Counted from the stretch's first letter, positions 1-10,182 are shown. The stretch: 26,303 nt of DNA from a virus (IMGVR_UViG_3300012157_000031:1-26303), one strand, 5' to 3'. The notes: generated by a model not told the origin, from the letters alone. Program-made: numbers and translations.

Positions 1-114
1 AGCAGGATAGGGCATACGTCCAGTGATTCCACCCTGCTGTGGAAGGTCATTTCCAATCATAGGAGGTTGACCGAAAATGTTCTGCTGTCTCAAATACTCA
101 AGAAAGTTAGGCAT
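1..114 (-). CDS. N-terminal fragment of next late gene, probably an ejection/internal virion protein (MPNFLEYLRQQNIFGQPPMIG...), runs off window
   Basis: ATG at 114 preceded by AAGGA; frame open to the window edge; follows the 480-aa gene. Confidence 0.7.
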   Translation of the reverse strand, partial: MPNFLEYLRQQNIFGQPPMIGNDLPQQGGITGRMPYPA

Positions 115-125
115 TTTCGTGTCCT

Positions 126-1568
126 TTAACCGTTATAGTAAGTGCCATAGTCCCACGGATTACCATAACTATTTTGACCAGAATATTCAGGGCCAAAATT
201 ATATCCTGCCCAAGGGTCATTAGCCCATCCACCAAAATTACCATTCCACTGGTCATATCCTCCACCACCAGTATCCCATCCCCCACCCTGCCATCCTAGT
301 CCAAGATTGGGGTTCAAGTAAGGGTCATTATACTGGTCATAGGGATTACTATAGGGATTACCATAATTGGGACTACTCAATGAATCAGGAGGATAATATA
401 CACCTGTCTGAGGGTCAGTATATCCTGTAACTCTACCAGAAGTCTGAGGCTGATAGTTACCTGGAGTTCCAGTAGGCATACTAGGTTGATAGCCCTGGAA
501 TGAAGTTCCCTGCATATTATTGGGAGTATTATATCCCATCGGTGTAGAACCTGATGGACCCATACTAGTAGGAGCATTAGTCTTAGGCTGACCCAACATG
601 TCCATAGCAGAACCAGCCATACCTAGAGCCTGTTTCCACCACGGTTCACTAGATTGCTGTCCACCATACGCATCAATCTGTTTACCAAGTAATCCAAGAC
701 CAGTCTGATTCCTCAACTGTTCAAGATTGATTCTATTCTGATAAGCCTGTAAAGCCTGATTTCCAAATGTAGATGCAAGACCTGGAGTAGTTCCATATAG
801 ACTAGTTTGGCCCCTAAGAGCCTCCAACTGAGTATTTCTCAAAGCCTGCAAAGACTGTTCAGATAGTTGTTGTGCCTGAAGGTCTGCATTTTGATTAGCC
901 ATTCCAGCTTGTAACATTCTACCAGCATCTTGACTGGCTAGGCCGCCCATTGTGCTACCAATACCAGTCAATCCTGCTAATCCAGCAAGTCTACCTTGTC
1001 TAACATCTTGTGCAAGTTGAGCATTTACGCCAGTCATAGCGTCAGCCATCTGACCTGGCATTTCTCTCTGAGCCTTACTAGTAGCAGCGATATAATTAGG
1101 TGCGCCACCACTTCCACCAAGCGCGCGAGCACGATTAAGCTCCATCATGGTATTACCATATGCAGAGCGTATCGGAGCTACACCACGCGCTCGGAGTTCT
1201 TGGATATCAGTAGGCGAATATCCACCAGTTCGAGAGAATTCACTGTATCCTGGTGCAGCTTCACGCATATACCCATATGCTTCTTGCTGTTCCTTGGGAT
1301 TGTCAGCTGCTACTCTCTCGAATCCAAATTTAGTTGGACCCTGCTGAGAAACTTGATTGCCAAAGTTCTGATATCCACCCATTATATTGCTATAATCGGC
1401 AAGATTCATATCTTTGCCAGTCATGTAGGTATTCCACATTTCCTGACTCTGTGGAATATACTCCTTCTCAAGAGGAGTCTGCTGGCTCATCAGATTGTTA
1501 TACCAAGACCCCGCAGCATTTCCTACATTAGATAGGTCTTTGTTACGGTCAGCGTTCTTATCACCCAT
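126..1568 (-). CDS. Putative DNA ejection / internal virion protein with low-complexity G/N/Y/P/W C-terminus
   Basis: 480 aa rich in G/Q/A/M/N, as seen in P22 gp7/gp20-like and T7 gp14-like ejection proteins; lies after the GNAT-like gene at the end of the tail module. Confidence 0.65.
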   Translation of the reverse strand: MGDKNADRNKDLSNVGNAAGSWYNNLMSQQTPLEKEYIPQSQEMWNTYMTGKDMNLADYSNIMGGYQNFGNQVSQQGPTKFGFERVAADNPKEQQEAYGYMREAAPGYSEFSRTGGYSPTDIQELRARGVAPIRSAYGNTMMELNRARALGGSGGAPNYIAATSKAQREMPGQMADAMTGVNAQLAQDVRQGRLAGLAGLTGIGSTMGGLASQDAGRMLQAGMANQNADLQAQQLSEQSLQALRNTQLEALRGQTSLYGTTPGLASTFGNQALQAYQNRINLEQLRNQTGLGLLGKQIDAYGGQQSSEPWWKQALGMAGSAMDMLGQPKTNAPTSMGPSGSTPMGYNTPNNMQGTSFQGYQPSMPTGTPGNYQPQTSGRVTGYTDPQTGVYYPPDSLSSPNYGNPYSNPYDQYNDPYLNPNLGLGWQGGGWDTGGGGYDQWNGNFGGWANDPWAGYNFGPEYSGQNSYGNPWDYGTYYNG

Positions 1569-1953
1569 GTGGCACCTTTATTGAAAAGGCTGAACTGCGA
1601 GGATAGAATCCATGTTTAATTAGTCCCTTAGCGAAAGTATCGTCACCTTCGACATATGCTACTAGTTCATTTAATCCGAATCTCTTTCCAACATATAGAG
1701 AAGCGTTCTTTGCTTCAAGTAACGCCTTAACAATCTTAATCTGTCCCATGTCTTTATCAGCGAATAATAGTATTTCAGCGGTCGGTCGAAGCCCCGCTAC
1801 CAATACTATCTTGTTTTCATCATCTTCTACTACAAATGCACAATAATGGTCATGTGCGAAGTCGGGCAAAGGATAATCAGGATAGAATTTCTGCTGAATT
1901 TCCCTGATTTTCTCTAAATCTTCAGGTTTTAATGCCCTAGCCTTATTTATCAT
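1561..1953 (-). CDS. GNAT acetyltransferase-like protein (position of T7 gp13-like gene before ejection proteins)
   Basis: Start revised to MINKARAL because of the ATGA overlap with the lysin stop. Pattern 'RAL..EDL..I', 'AFVVEDDENKIVLVAG', '..LIKHGF' resembles a GNAT fold. Confidence 0.55.
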   Translation of the reverse strand: MINKARALKPEDLEKIREIQQKFYPDYPLPDFAHDHYCAFVVEDDENKIVLVAGLRPTAEILLFADKDMGQIKIVKALLEAKNASLYVGKRFGLNELVAYVEGDDTFAKGLIKHGFYPRSSAFSIKVPHG

Positions 1954-2435
1954 GAATCTTCTGCTCCATATCTCAAATTCTGAGCTATTCTTCTGGCCCA
2001 TCCTTTACCATGATAAGGCCAGTTTTTTAGTCTACTCATGAACTCTAGTCTTTCTGCATTAATTCGCATAATCATGTCAGTTTCACTTGCTATACTAGCA
2101 GCTCCCTGACTAATTGGACCCCAATGACCATCATCTGCAACGCCTAATGCTCGTTGAAAATGACGAATTGCAGTTTGAATACCTGAGTTTACTGCGAAAT
2201 CAAATAGTTGGAATGCTACTCCATCCGGTAAATCTTTAGCATCAATAGCAATCCAAAAATCCCAATAATAGATACGTTTAGCTTCATCTCTAGTCAGATT
2301 TTGGATATCTAAATGGGGATATGCCCGTTTGGATATACCCCATTTAGTTTCCCCACCGGGGTCATTAGGGTCATTAGAATAGTTACCCTCATGCCCCATT
2401 AGACGGTCAAAAACACTATCCCAAGACAATTTCAT
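1950..2435 (-). CDS. Endolysin / peptidoglycan hydrolase, glycoside hydrolase family 108 with C-terminal PG-binding domain
   Basis: HEGNYSNDPNDPGGETKWGIS, FDFAVNSG, LGVADDG..GP and GKGWARRI motifs. Start taken at MKLSW (2435); 2444 is possible. Confidence 0.92.
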   Translation of the reverse strand: MKLSWDSVFDRLMGHEGNYSNDPNDPGGETKWGISKRAYPHLDIQNLTRDEAKRIYYWDFWIAIDAKDLPDGVAFQLFDFAVNSGIQTAIRHFQRALGVADDGHWGPISQGAASIASETDMIMRINAERLEFMSRLKNWPYHGKGWARRIAQNLRYGAEDS

Positions 2436-2742
2436 CACCATCAATAGTGAGTGTCAAGATGTTATTAGTTCCTGCGAGTGCCTGAATAATCTCTGCTGCA
2501 TCAATTACATAGTAACAGAAATGGTCAAGCACAGCACCAGCCGCGATGCTATACGCATCGAATAGTCTAGTAGCGGCTGCATCAGCACCAATAGACATAG
2601 TGAATGTTACAGCTGCACCAGAGGGATTCTCAATGTGAACATGGCGAACGATAGTCTTAGTAAGTGCTGGAACTGTATATTTGGTTGCAGCAGCATTACT
2701 AACCTGAGCCGGTCCCGCAAGTCTTGTAGGAATTCTAGCCAT
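2416..2742 (-). CDS. Small beta-rich virion/tail-associated protein
   Basis: 108 aa, GGAG RBS, 'YTVPALTKTIVRHVHIEN' pattern typical of small phage tail accessory proteins. Confidence 0.6.
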   Translation of the reverse strand: MARIPTRLAGPAQVSNAAATKYTVPALTKTIVRHVHIENPSGAAVTFTMSIGADAAATRLFDAYSIAAGAVLDHFCYYVIDAAEIIQALAGTNNILTLTIDGDEIVLG

Positions 2743-2751
2743 TGTTATCTC

Positions 2752-3012
2752 CTAATTAAATATCTGCCATGTCCCATCAGGTAATCTTAGATGAACTCCA
2801 CCAACCTGAACTATATGTGCCCAAGTCCCATCAGGACGTTTGATTCTTACGTTACTAAAAATAGTCGGAATCTGCGTTGAATTTGGGAAACTTGTTGTTC
2901 TCATCGCTGATTCAGTTTGCATATCCTGTAATACTATCGAACCTACCAAGGGACTAGGTAGGAGGATAGAATCTAAGGATATGATAATTATTGGCTGGAG
3001 TTCATTAGCCAT
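2752..3012 (-). CDS. Hypothetical tail-fibre-associated protein with two PDGTW beta-hairpin repeats
   Basis: 86 aa, TAATG coupling to the upstream gene, 'KRPDGTW' and 'RLPDGTW' repeats. Confidence 0.6.
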   Translation of the reverse strand: MANELQPIIIISLDSILLPSPLVGSIVLQDMQTESAMRTTSFPNSTQIPTIFSNVRIKRPDGTWAHIVQVGGVHLRLPDGTWQIFN

Positions 3013-3872
3013 TATTCATACCTCATCATTAGTGCCGCAGCAGTAAATCCTCCTCGTCCTGCACTACCGAAATTTGTAGAACCTAGAGTAAAATAAGTAT
3101 GTGCAGCACCATAAACATTAAAATTAATAGTCGCGAGGGTTCCAATAGTCGCATTTTCATATACAAGAGCATTATATCCAGGATTACAAAATACGCCTTT
3201 ATTATGATATATTGGATATATAGCTACTTGAAGTCCAGTTACTCCAAATGGAGCTACTGCTGCACCCATAGCACCTAGGGAAGCTTCCCAAGTAGCTGTA
3301 TACGGACCAATAGCTTGATTCCAAGCCTGTTGTCCCCAAATAGAACTCCCACGAAAAATTAGTAATGCTCCTTCACCTGCTACAACTCCCGCTGCATCAA
3401 CTGTGCGTTCAATTCCAAATAGCATAGATGTAGCAGCAGAAGCACCAATTACTCCCACAATCAATCTATTAGTGTCACCAGACCAATAGTGTGGAATAGC
3501 ACCTGCTGTAGCCGTGCATTGAACTTGCTGTCTTGTAGATGTTACACCAAGTAATGCACCCGCACCATCACTTCCATTACCCAGGGTAATCCAAACTGAA
3601 CCATTAGCAGCAGCCGCACCAGAACCATATTCAATCTTAAGAAAAATAGGAGCAGTTGCTTGAAGCGCATCATCCATGCGCCAAATTTCATATCCCCTAA
3701 CAGTATTTCCTGCTCCGGGTGTTAGAACTGTAACCCAATTTATTTGTCCTGTATCTGCTGTTTGAATCCATCCCATTGAAGCAAATTTAGCTGCATAGGC
3801 TAATCCCCAAGCTCTAAATTGAGCATCACTAGTAATAGTATTAGTCATACTTGTATTGGCTGCATAACTCAT
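3012..3872 (-). CDS. Putative tail fibre / receptor-binding accessory protein
   Basis: 286 aa, A/G/T-rich beta composition, AAGGA RBS, inside the fibre cassette. Confidence 0.6.
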   Translation of the reverse strand: MSYAANTSMTNTITSDAQFRAWGLAYAAKFASMGWIQTADTGQINWVTVLTPGAGNTVRGYEIWRMDDALQATAPIFLKIEYGSGAAAANGSVWITLGNGSDGAGALLGVTSTRQQVQCTATAGAIPHYWSGDTNRLIVGVIGASAATSMLFGIERTVDAAGVVAGEGALLIFRGSSIWGQQAWNQAIGPYTATWEASLGAMGAAVAPFGVTGLQVAIYPIYHNKGVFCNPGYNALVYENATIGTLATINFNVYGAAHTYFTLGSTNFGSAGRGGFTAAALMMRYE

Positions 3873-3884
3873 GTTATTATCCTT

Positions 3885-5156
3885 TTAAGGAACAATCCAA
3901 AAATCACCGGGATATGCGCTTAGAGGTTCTGTTGGTTGTTCATATATTGCAACAGCTCTACCCGGAGAACCATCAGCTCCATCCTGTCCATCTATTCCAT
4001 CATATCCAGGGATTCCATCTATTCCATTAATTCCACTTGGTCCTCGCGGACCTACTGCACCTGCTGTTACTGTAGCACCAACATAAGATTGATGAGTCGC
4101 GCCTTCAAAATAAGTAGTTACACTAACATTAGCTGGTCCAGAAACTCTAGCTGCATATAGTTTCCATACAAGCCTCTTAGTAGGGTCTAATGCAAGTCGA
4201 GAAAGTTGATACAAATCCCAATTAACTTCATCAACTGATGTATCAGTAGTAGGGTCGGAATAAGATGAACCAATTAGAGTTTCATTTGTTCCATCTGCAT
4301 CGCAGTAATACATTTCGATAAGTAATCTAGCAAACCCTCCTACTGTCGTAACAGCAGTATGAATATGCCTAAACATTCCACCAGTTTCAAGCCAATATGC
4401 CCCCGGAATTCCTGGCTCACTAACAAAACTAGCTAATAGATTATCACCTACTCCTGCACATACTTGAACAATAGTAGATTCAGCATTAGGAGAAGGACTA
4501 AGTAGAGCCTTAAAATATCCTGCTATATCAGAAGCATCAGTAGGGTCAAACCAAAATACAAGTCCACCATTTCCGCCTGTTAAACCTTGTATACCTTGTG
4601 GACCTTGTATACCCCATTCTCCTATTTCACCTTCAGAACCATCTAATCCCGGAGGACCAGGAAATCCAGACTGTCCAATTTGACCCTGATTTCCTTGTGG
4701 TCCTATGCTTCCTGGCTCTCCATTTTGCCCGTCTTCACCATCTAAACCGGGCATACCTGGAATACCATTTATACCAGATATACCATCTATACCTATTCTT
4801 CCTGGTGGTCCCTGTGGGCCTTCTTCTCCATCTTCACCACCATCCATTATAAATGGTATAGCAGTAGAAATGACTCTACGACCATTGGCATCATTAAATT
4901 GAATTCCAGCGCCAGCTATAGTTTGCAAAGAATTAGGAAGTCCAACCTCCTTATTCTTTGTAAGATATGTGGCACCTAGTAATCCTACTCCACCACCCCC
5001 ACCGCCTCCACCACCACTAACTGCTTGATTAACTGCATCAATATTACCTCGCAAATAGTCAATTAATTGATTAATTACCTGAAATAGAGCAAAATTCTCC
5101 TGTTGTAAACCCGAAGTTAACAGTTGAGATTTTAGTCTATCAAGTGCGTCAGGCAT
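3885..5156 (-). CDS. Collagen-like fibre protein with two Gly-X-Y tracts flanking a globular domain
   Basis: About 31 Gly-X-Y triplets (4560-4838) and 12 triplets (3954-4061), N-terminal helical segment, poly-Gly linker, C-terminal 'PTEP..YPGDFW' motif. Confidence 0.85.
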   Translation of the reverse strand: MPDALDRLKSQLLTSGLQQENFALFQVINQLIDYLRGNIDAVNQAVSGGGGGGGGGVGLLGATYLTKNKEVGLPNSLQTIAGAGIQFNDANGRRVISTAIPFIMDGGEDGEEGPQGPPGRIGIDGISGINGIPGMPGLDGEDGQNGEPGSIGPQGNQGQIGQSGFPGPPGLDGSEGEIGEWGIQGPQGIQGLTGGNGGLVFWFDPTDASDIAGYFKALLSPSPNAESTIVQVCAGVGDNLLASFVSEPGIPGAYWLETGGMFRHIHTAVTTVGGFARLLIEMYYCDADGTNETLIGSSYSDPTTDTSVDEVNWDLYQLSRLALDPTKRLVWKLYAARVSGPANVSVTTYFEGATHQSYVGATVTAGAVGPRGPSGINGIDGIPGYDGIDGQDGADGSPGRAVAIYEQPTEPLSAYPGDFWIVP

Positions 5157-5455
5157 TATGCCGGATACTCCATCGCAACAGGCTTCACAAACATCAAAAT
5201 ACGCTGAATTGTGAAAGTTTCATCAATTTCAGTCGTTTTTCCGACCAATCTAATCCTCTGAGATTGAAGATTTGCTAATCGAGTAGGTTCAAATCGTGTA
5301 GTTGCCTGCATAGCAATAGGAACTAAATTTTGGACCTGAATATCATCCAAATCAGCTAAAGAAAGTTGCAAATTGCCACTTCCTACCACACGTAAGCGAA
5401 CGCTTACAATATGATGTTCATATTCGCCGCCCTGATTCTTCTTAGCCACCGACAT
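5156..5455 (-). CDS. Small beta protein resembling the C-terminal domain of a podophage nozzle/tail tubular protein B
   Basis: 'HHIVSVRLRVVGSGNLQL...SQRIRLV...FTIQRILMFVKP' alternating strand pattern; overlaps the upstream ORF by 14 nt. Confidence 0.5.
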   Translation of the reverse strand: MSVAKKNQGGEYEHHIVSVRLRVVGSGNLQLSLADLDDIQVQNLVPIAMQATTRFEPTRLANLQSQRIRLVGKTTEIDETFTIQRILMFVKPVAMEYPA

Positions 5456-8255
5456 ACCCCGTCTTGAATGTAGGGTCTGGTTTCTTTACGTCAACTGTAT
5501 CGTCTGCAATACCAGTATATATTGTATCATCAGTTTTACCTGGAACTAATGTATAAATTCCAGATAAATTTTCAACTGCTAATAGTGGAACATCTCCATT
5601 AAAGTTCATTCCTCCATCACCAGTTATAATTGGAAGGTCTGGTGGATTATAAGGAGGTTCGCTCCAATTTCCCGGAGCACTAATACCGGGGGGATAAAAT
5701 GTTCCGTTATTCCATCCGGTAGAATCTCCTAGTATTACGAATACATCATAAATTACACCATTAGAATTTAGTGTGGAACCAACAAAAAGTTGGTCAATTC
5801 CACCACCAACGATAGCACTAGTGCTATCAGATAATGCACCAATAGCTGTGCTATGATTACCAACATGAGAAGGGTCTCTTGAATAACTAGTTCCACTTCT
5901 AGAAACTACAAAAGCAAAAAGTGGATATCTACCAGAAGCATGGGGTAGATTAATTACTTTGAATCCCGTGCCATCACCAATATATCCCGTAAGTTGAACC
6001 ATGAGATATCCTTCAGGGTCCAACATTCTCCAAGCACTATAAACCTGTTGTGTTCGGAGATTCAAACCAATAGAATCTGCTAAAGCTGAAAATAATCCTG
6101 CTGAAAAACTACCAAAATTAGCATATGCAGTTCCACCCCCTAATTTTGCTCCAGTAGTTCCAACTTGTCCCGGACCCTTATATTTATAAAGTTCAGTTGA
6201 AGTATTATTTTCTAAATAATCAGGAGTTATTATCATTGCTTCGGGAGTAAAATCACTTAAATAAAGTGGAACTGAATAAGAAGCATAAGTCCAGGGTGCA
6301 TCAAATACACCTGTAGCATTAAACCTCATTCCGGGGTCACAAAATGCAATATACTGAAAAGTAACTCCATTAGCATTACTAGAAATTTGTGAACCAGTAA
6401 CAGTAAATTTATGTTGTCCAGTGTCATCACACCAAACTCTAACAATTAAATTACATACTCCCCGCATTTGAAGTCCAATATGCGGAGAAACATGAGGTCC
6501 AATGTAATAAACTCCGGAAGATGAACCAGTTAGAGGACGAATCCAAATAAAACTAACTGGAGCCGGAAGGTCAATATCTTGAGTTGTTCCATTTCCTACA
6601 TAAGTTCCACCTATAGCATAAGTAGGAGCAGATACAGGTCCAAGATTAGGATATCCCCATTGAGTATTGGCAAATCTAGCATTATGAAAGTTAGAAACAT
6701 TAGACAAATCTATTGGTAAAGTTGGGTCGTCCTCTCTACCCCATATTCCAACATATTCAACTAATCCTGCAAGAGCATAAACAAATGTATTAGTAACATT
6801 ATTAGCCTTTTCAAACAAAACACTAAAGGGATTAGCTATAAAGGGTAAAGTTAATCCTGAAGGATTATAATAACCATATTTCCAATTTGGACTAGTATTG
6901 ACAGTAACATCTGTCCAAACAGTTGCGCCACCCGCAAGTTTATATCCAACTCTAGCTGTAGCAGAACCAGAAAGTTGAGTTGCCATAACGCCAGAAGCAA
7001 TAGAAGCAACTCCTAAAACAGCTCCCGGAGGAAATCTTTCTGTATCTGTTACATCAGTTAATCCTTCTATTGTATCTAGTGGAGTAGTAGAATTTGGAGT
7101 AGAATTAGATGCAAATTGGGGGTCGAAAAATTGATTAGCAAATCCTATATCTCCTGACCATGTTCCCATATTTCCAGAAATTACATGGGCAGAACGAACA
7201 TGAGTTCCTAGTAACCAATCAATACTATCAAGAGATTCTACTCCCCCAAATTCAGGAACATCTGCTCCCATCCAGTCATCAAAATCTAATATAACATCTG
7301 CATCTGCGGCACCGTCTGCAAATGCACTATAAGTATGAGTAGATAGAAAATCAATACCTCCACCACTATTATTAGTAGCGTCTATTGCTAGAACATGATT
7401 AATGAACACTCTAATTCTACCTGAATCCCCGGCAAGGGGAGGCAAATTTAGAATGACATCAATTAGATACCATTTATTTAGAACTAAAGGAGTAGTAGTT
7501 CCAAGAGTTGAATATATACCAGTAGCAGGAAGATTTTCCGCAATAACTTCACCAGCAGTAGTAATACCTATAGTTCCACCATTAACACTATTAATAGTGG
7601 TATGAAATCTCCAGAATCGTTGAGTTCCAGCAGTAGGTAAACTTCTAACTCTAATGTAAAAGCGTTCCCAAGAATTTTTAGGAGTTAATCCTGGTCTAAA
7701 CGCATCTACAAGGCGTAACATCTGGCCTGAAGTATTATTTCCACAAATAGTTATTCCCATTCCATCCATAGTGCGAGAAGCCTCTCGGCTCCCAAAATTA
7801 GTATAACCATCTCCCAACTCATGAGATGTATTAGTATGTTCTTGTCCAGCAATCCATCTGCGCTGAGGCATAGGAGTTGCTGGTGGAACTCCCCCCGTAA
7901 CCTCATTGGGAGAATATACAACAACTCCATACCACTGAAAAGTGCAATACTGTCCAGCGGGATGAAATGCTGGAGGATAACCGGCTGCTGGAGCTACAAT
8001 AACACTATCAACATTTGTCGGAAGAACAGAGGGGTCAGGAAAGTATCCATATATATTATATGGTCCTGCATTAAGAATTCCTTTTGTTCCCGTAATTGGA
8101 CCACCACCCGCAGGAGGCCATGTAATACCTAAAAGAGCTGCCGCATATTCAGGATTTTTCTTGAATCCACTACCGCCTCCTGTAGCAGCGACAGCAGCAT
8201 TATACTCCGCTAAATCAGCGAACCAAAGAATATAGTGAACGTCTGAAATAATCAT
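5442..8255 (-). CDS. Large tail fibre / receptor-binding protein with a ConA/LamG-like domain and repeated 'Y.G(N/D)GT' modules
   Basis: 937 aa, beta-rich; 'WYLIDVIL...GRIRVFIN...FDDW' lectin-like segment; repeats GTYVGNGTTQDIDLP and GYIGDGTGFKVINLP. Confidence 0.7.
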   Translation of the reverse strand: MIISDVHYILWFADLAEYNAAVAATGGGSGFKKNPEYAAALLGITWPPAGGGPITGTKGILNAGPYNIYGYFPDPSVLPTNVDSVIVAPAAGYPPAFHPAGQYCTFQWYGVVVYSPNEVTGGVPPATPMPQRRWIAGQEHTNTSHELGDGYTNFGSREASRTMDGMGITICGNNTSGQMLRLVDAFRPGLTPKNSWERFYIRVRSLPTAGTQRFWRFHTTINSVNGGTIGITTAGEVIAENLPATGIYSTLGTTTPLVLNKWYLIDVILNLPPLAGDSGRIRVFINHVLAIDATNNSGGGIDFLSTHTYSAFADGAADADVILDFDDWMGADVPEFGGVESLDSIDWLLGTHVRSAHVISGNMGTWSGDIGFANQFFDPQFASNSTPNSTTPLDTIEGLTDVTDTERFPPGAVLGVASIASGVMATQLSGSATARVGYKLAGGATVWTDVTVNTSPNWKYGYYNPSGLTLPFIANPFSVLFEKANNVTNTFVYALAGLVEYVGIWGREDDPTLPIDLSNVSNFHNARFANTQWGYPNLGPVSAPTYAIGGTYVGNGTTQDIDLPAPVSFIWIRPLTGSSSGVYYIGPHVSPHIGLQMRGVCNLIVRVWCDDTGQHKFTVTGSQISSNANGVTFQYIAFCDPGMRFNATGVFDAPWTYASYSVPLYLSDFTPEAMIITPDYLENNTSTELYKYKGPGQVGTTGAKLGGGTAYANFGSFSAGLFSALADSIGLNLRTQQVYSAWRMLDPEGYLMVQLTGYIGDGTGFKVINLPHASGRYPLFAFVVSRSGTSYSRDPSHVGNHSTAIGALSDSTSAIVGGGIDQLFVGSTLNSNGVIYDVFVILGDSTGWNNGTFYPPGISAPGNWSEPPYNPPDLPIITGDGGMNFNGDVPLLAVENLSGIYTLVPGKTDDTIYTGIADDTVDVKKPDPTFKTGYVGG

Positions 8256-8662
8256 TAGAATACGCTACTTCCTGTAAACTTGGGAGTTACCTCAACCAAG
8301 CTACCGACAATAGGCGTAAATGGAACAGCAGCGGGTGGAAATCGCTCTGCCCACATCAGTAGTCCATCAGAATCTCGTGTAATGAAATAACCGTATATTG
8401 TTCCCGGAGCATTTATAGCTCCCGTAAATGTCCATGATTGCTTAGTATGAATACCGTATGATGGGGCATTAGCTGTAAATGACCATCCTGCAAATGTTAT
8501 TGGTTTATTCGCATAACCCCCGCCAGCAATTTCATTAAAATCAGCTGCTACACTTAATGGACCGGGGGTAGCATTATTCCCAAATATCCTGATAGTCATA
8601 TTCAGGTTAAGAATAAGCTGTAAAAATCTAACTTCCGCTGCATCAGGAACTACAAGTGACAT
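8255..8662 (-). CDS. Minor tail / fibre-adaptor protein
   Basis: 135 aa; 'E..GGGYA.K.I....W...TFTG...TIYGYFI...LMWAERF' pattern common in phage minor tail proteins. Confidence 0.6.
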   Translation of the reverse strand: MSLVVPDAAEVRFLQLILNLNMTIRIFGNNATPGPLSVAADFNEIAGGGYANKPITFAGWSFTANAPSYGIHTKQSWTFTGAINAPGTIYGYFITRDSDGLLMWAERFPPAAVPFTPIVGSLVEVTPKFTGSSVF

Positions 8663-8664
8663 GG

Positions 8665-10182
8665 CTACACCTGTGCCAATCCAAATATGAGTTCACTTAC
8701 ATTCACAAGTGCTAAAGTATTTACATAAATTGGATTTACATCATTCATTTTGAATGTCCAAGGACACCATCGAATATTTTTAGGGTCAAAGCCATTAGCA
8801 TAGTTACCAAACATCACAGTCCGGTCTGTCATCACGATATATAAGAGTTGATTTACTGAATCATTTACCATCTGAATAATACGATTCTTAGTTTTGAATT
8901 CATTTTCTAACCAACGAGTTTGAATTTTCCAAGTAAGTTCGGGAAGAATATATCTGCCATTGAATAGTGTAACACCTTTATAAGCAGATACAATAAGATA
9001 GTCAATATTAGCTGACCCCGCATCCACTACTGTTGCGATGCCATGAACTCCACAGCCCATAGCATTATCTACACCAGAATAAGGCCAGAAAGCAGGTTCC
9101 TGACCATTATCTACGAATGAACCTGTCTTATTACGCTTGAAGAAGTAGAGAATATCTCTCAGTTCTGCCGCATTAGTAAGAGGATTTCCATCAGGAGGAA
9201 ATAGTAGAACTCCATCAATCTGATTGATAGCCTCGGGTTCACCTACTGCACTTGCATATCCAAGTGATATGTTATTATAACTACAATAGATTACAAGTCG
9301 GTTATGATACGTGCAAAGTCCAACTCCCGCCGGAATTTCCGCGAAGTTATCAATAAGATGAGAAGCATCAAGAAGTAAATCTTGGTCATAAAATGATTGG
9401 TTAGCCAGAGTCGTGCCCGTATTATTGGGAACTGTTGCACCGGGAATGAAAAATAGCTGGTATCCGTTAACATCACCATTATAAGTTTGAATAACTTTAG
9501 AGGCGACAACATGACGCTTGGTAACATGCGCGAGTCCTGATACAGCTATACCACTAAAATCTACTTCAAGATTACCTACAGTAGTATGTGCTACCAATCC
9601 TCCGGGGGCGGAAAGATAGCCCGTATCAGTCTCGAAGACATAACCAAAGATATGCACACCAGCATCAGTATAGCCAGCAGCACCATTCGCGGGAACAATA
9701 GCAGTAGTTGGACCAGCACCCGCCGCTTTACGCGCAGCAGTTCCATCACCTTTATAGACATAGAGGAATTCACTTTGAAGTCCCCTTTCACGATTCATTC
9801 CAGCTACTAATTCAGTGGTAAAGGGAGTTATATAGGCTCGTCCTGCATATGGAACAAACCCAAAATCAGTCATAGTAGCAATAGTAAGAATAGGTCCAAA
9901 TACTGTAAGGGCATCAACTACATGATAAATCTTTCCCCCAGTAGTCAGAACAAGTAGAGTTTGTTTATCCGAAGTAGGATAATTATAGATTCTCAAGATA
10001 TCTTGAGTTGGAGTTGCTAGAGTCTGATGTAGACCAATTCCATCTCTAGTTCCAAATCCACTATCTCCAATAAACTTTAGATTCCAACACTCAGAAAAAT
10101 GGTCCATTGGGGTATCTTCTGCATCACCCCGATTATATAGACCATTAAATTTATCAAATCTTATTGGGTCATGTTCTCTCAT
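8665..10182 (-). CDS. Tail nozzle / packaged-DNA stabilisation protein (P22 gp10 / T7 gp12-like beta-propeller)
   Basis: 505 aa; N-terminal 'FNGL...DTP...ECWNL...TRDG', propeller-like 'YHNRLVI...YASAVGEPE' and 'LYFFK'; directly follows the adaptor with an ATGA overlap. Confidence 0.7.
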   Translation of the reverse strand: MREHDPIRFDKFNGLYNRGDAEDTPMDHFSECWNLKFIGDSGFGTRDGIGLHQTLATPTQDILRIYNYPTSDKQTLLVLTTGGKIYHVVDALTVFGPILTIATMTDFGFVPYAGRAYITPFTTELVAGMNRERGLQSEFLYVYKGDGTAARKAAGAGPTTAIVPANGAAGYTDAGVHIFGYVFETDTGYLSAPGGLVAHTTVGNLEVDFSGIAVSGLAHVTKRHVVASKVIQTYNGDVNGYQLFFIPGATVPNNTGTTLANQSFYDQDLLLDASHLIDNFAEIPAGVGLCTYHNRLVIYCSYNNISLGYASAVGEPEAINQIDGVLLFPPDGNPLTNAAELRDILYFFKRNKTGSFVDNGQEPAFWPYSGVDNAMGCGVHGIATVVDAGSANIDYLIVSAYKGVTLFNGRYILPELTWKIQTRWLENEFKTKNRIIQMVNDSVNQLLYIVMTDRTVMFGNYANGFDPKNIRWCPWTFKMNDVNPIYVNTLALVNVSELIFGLAQV

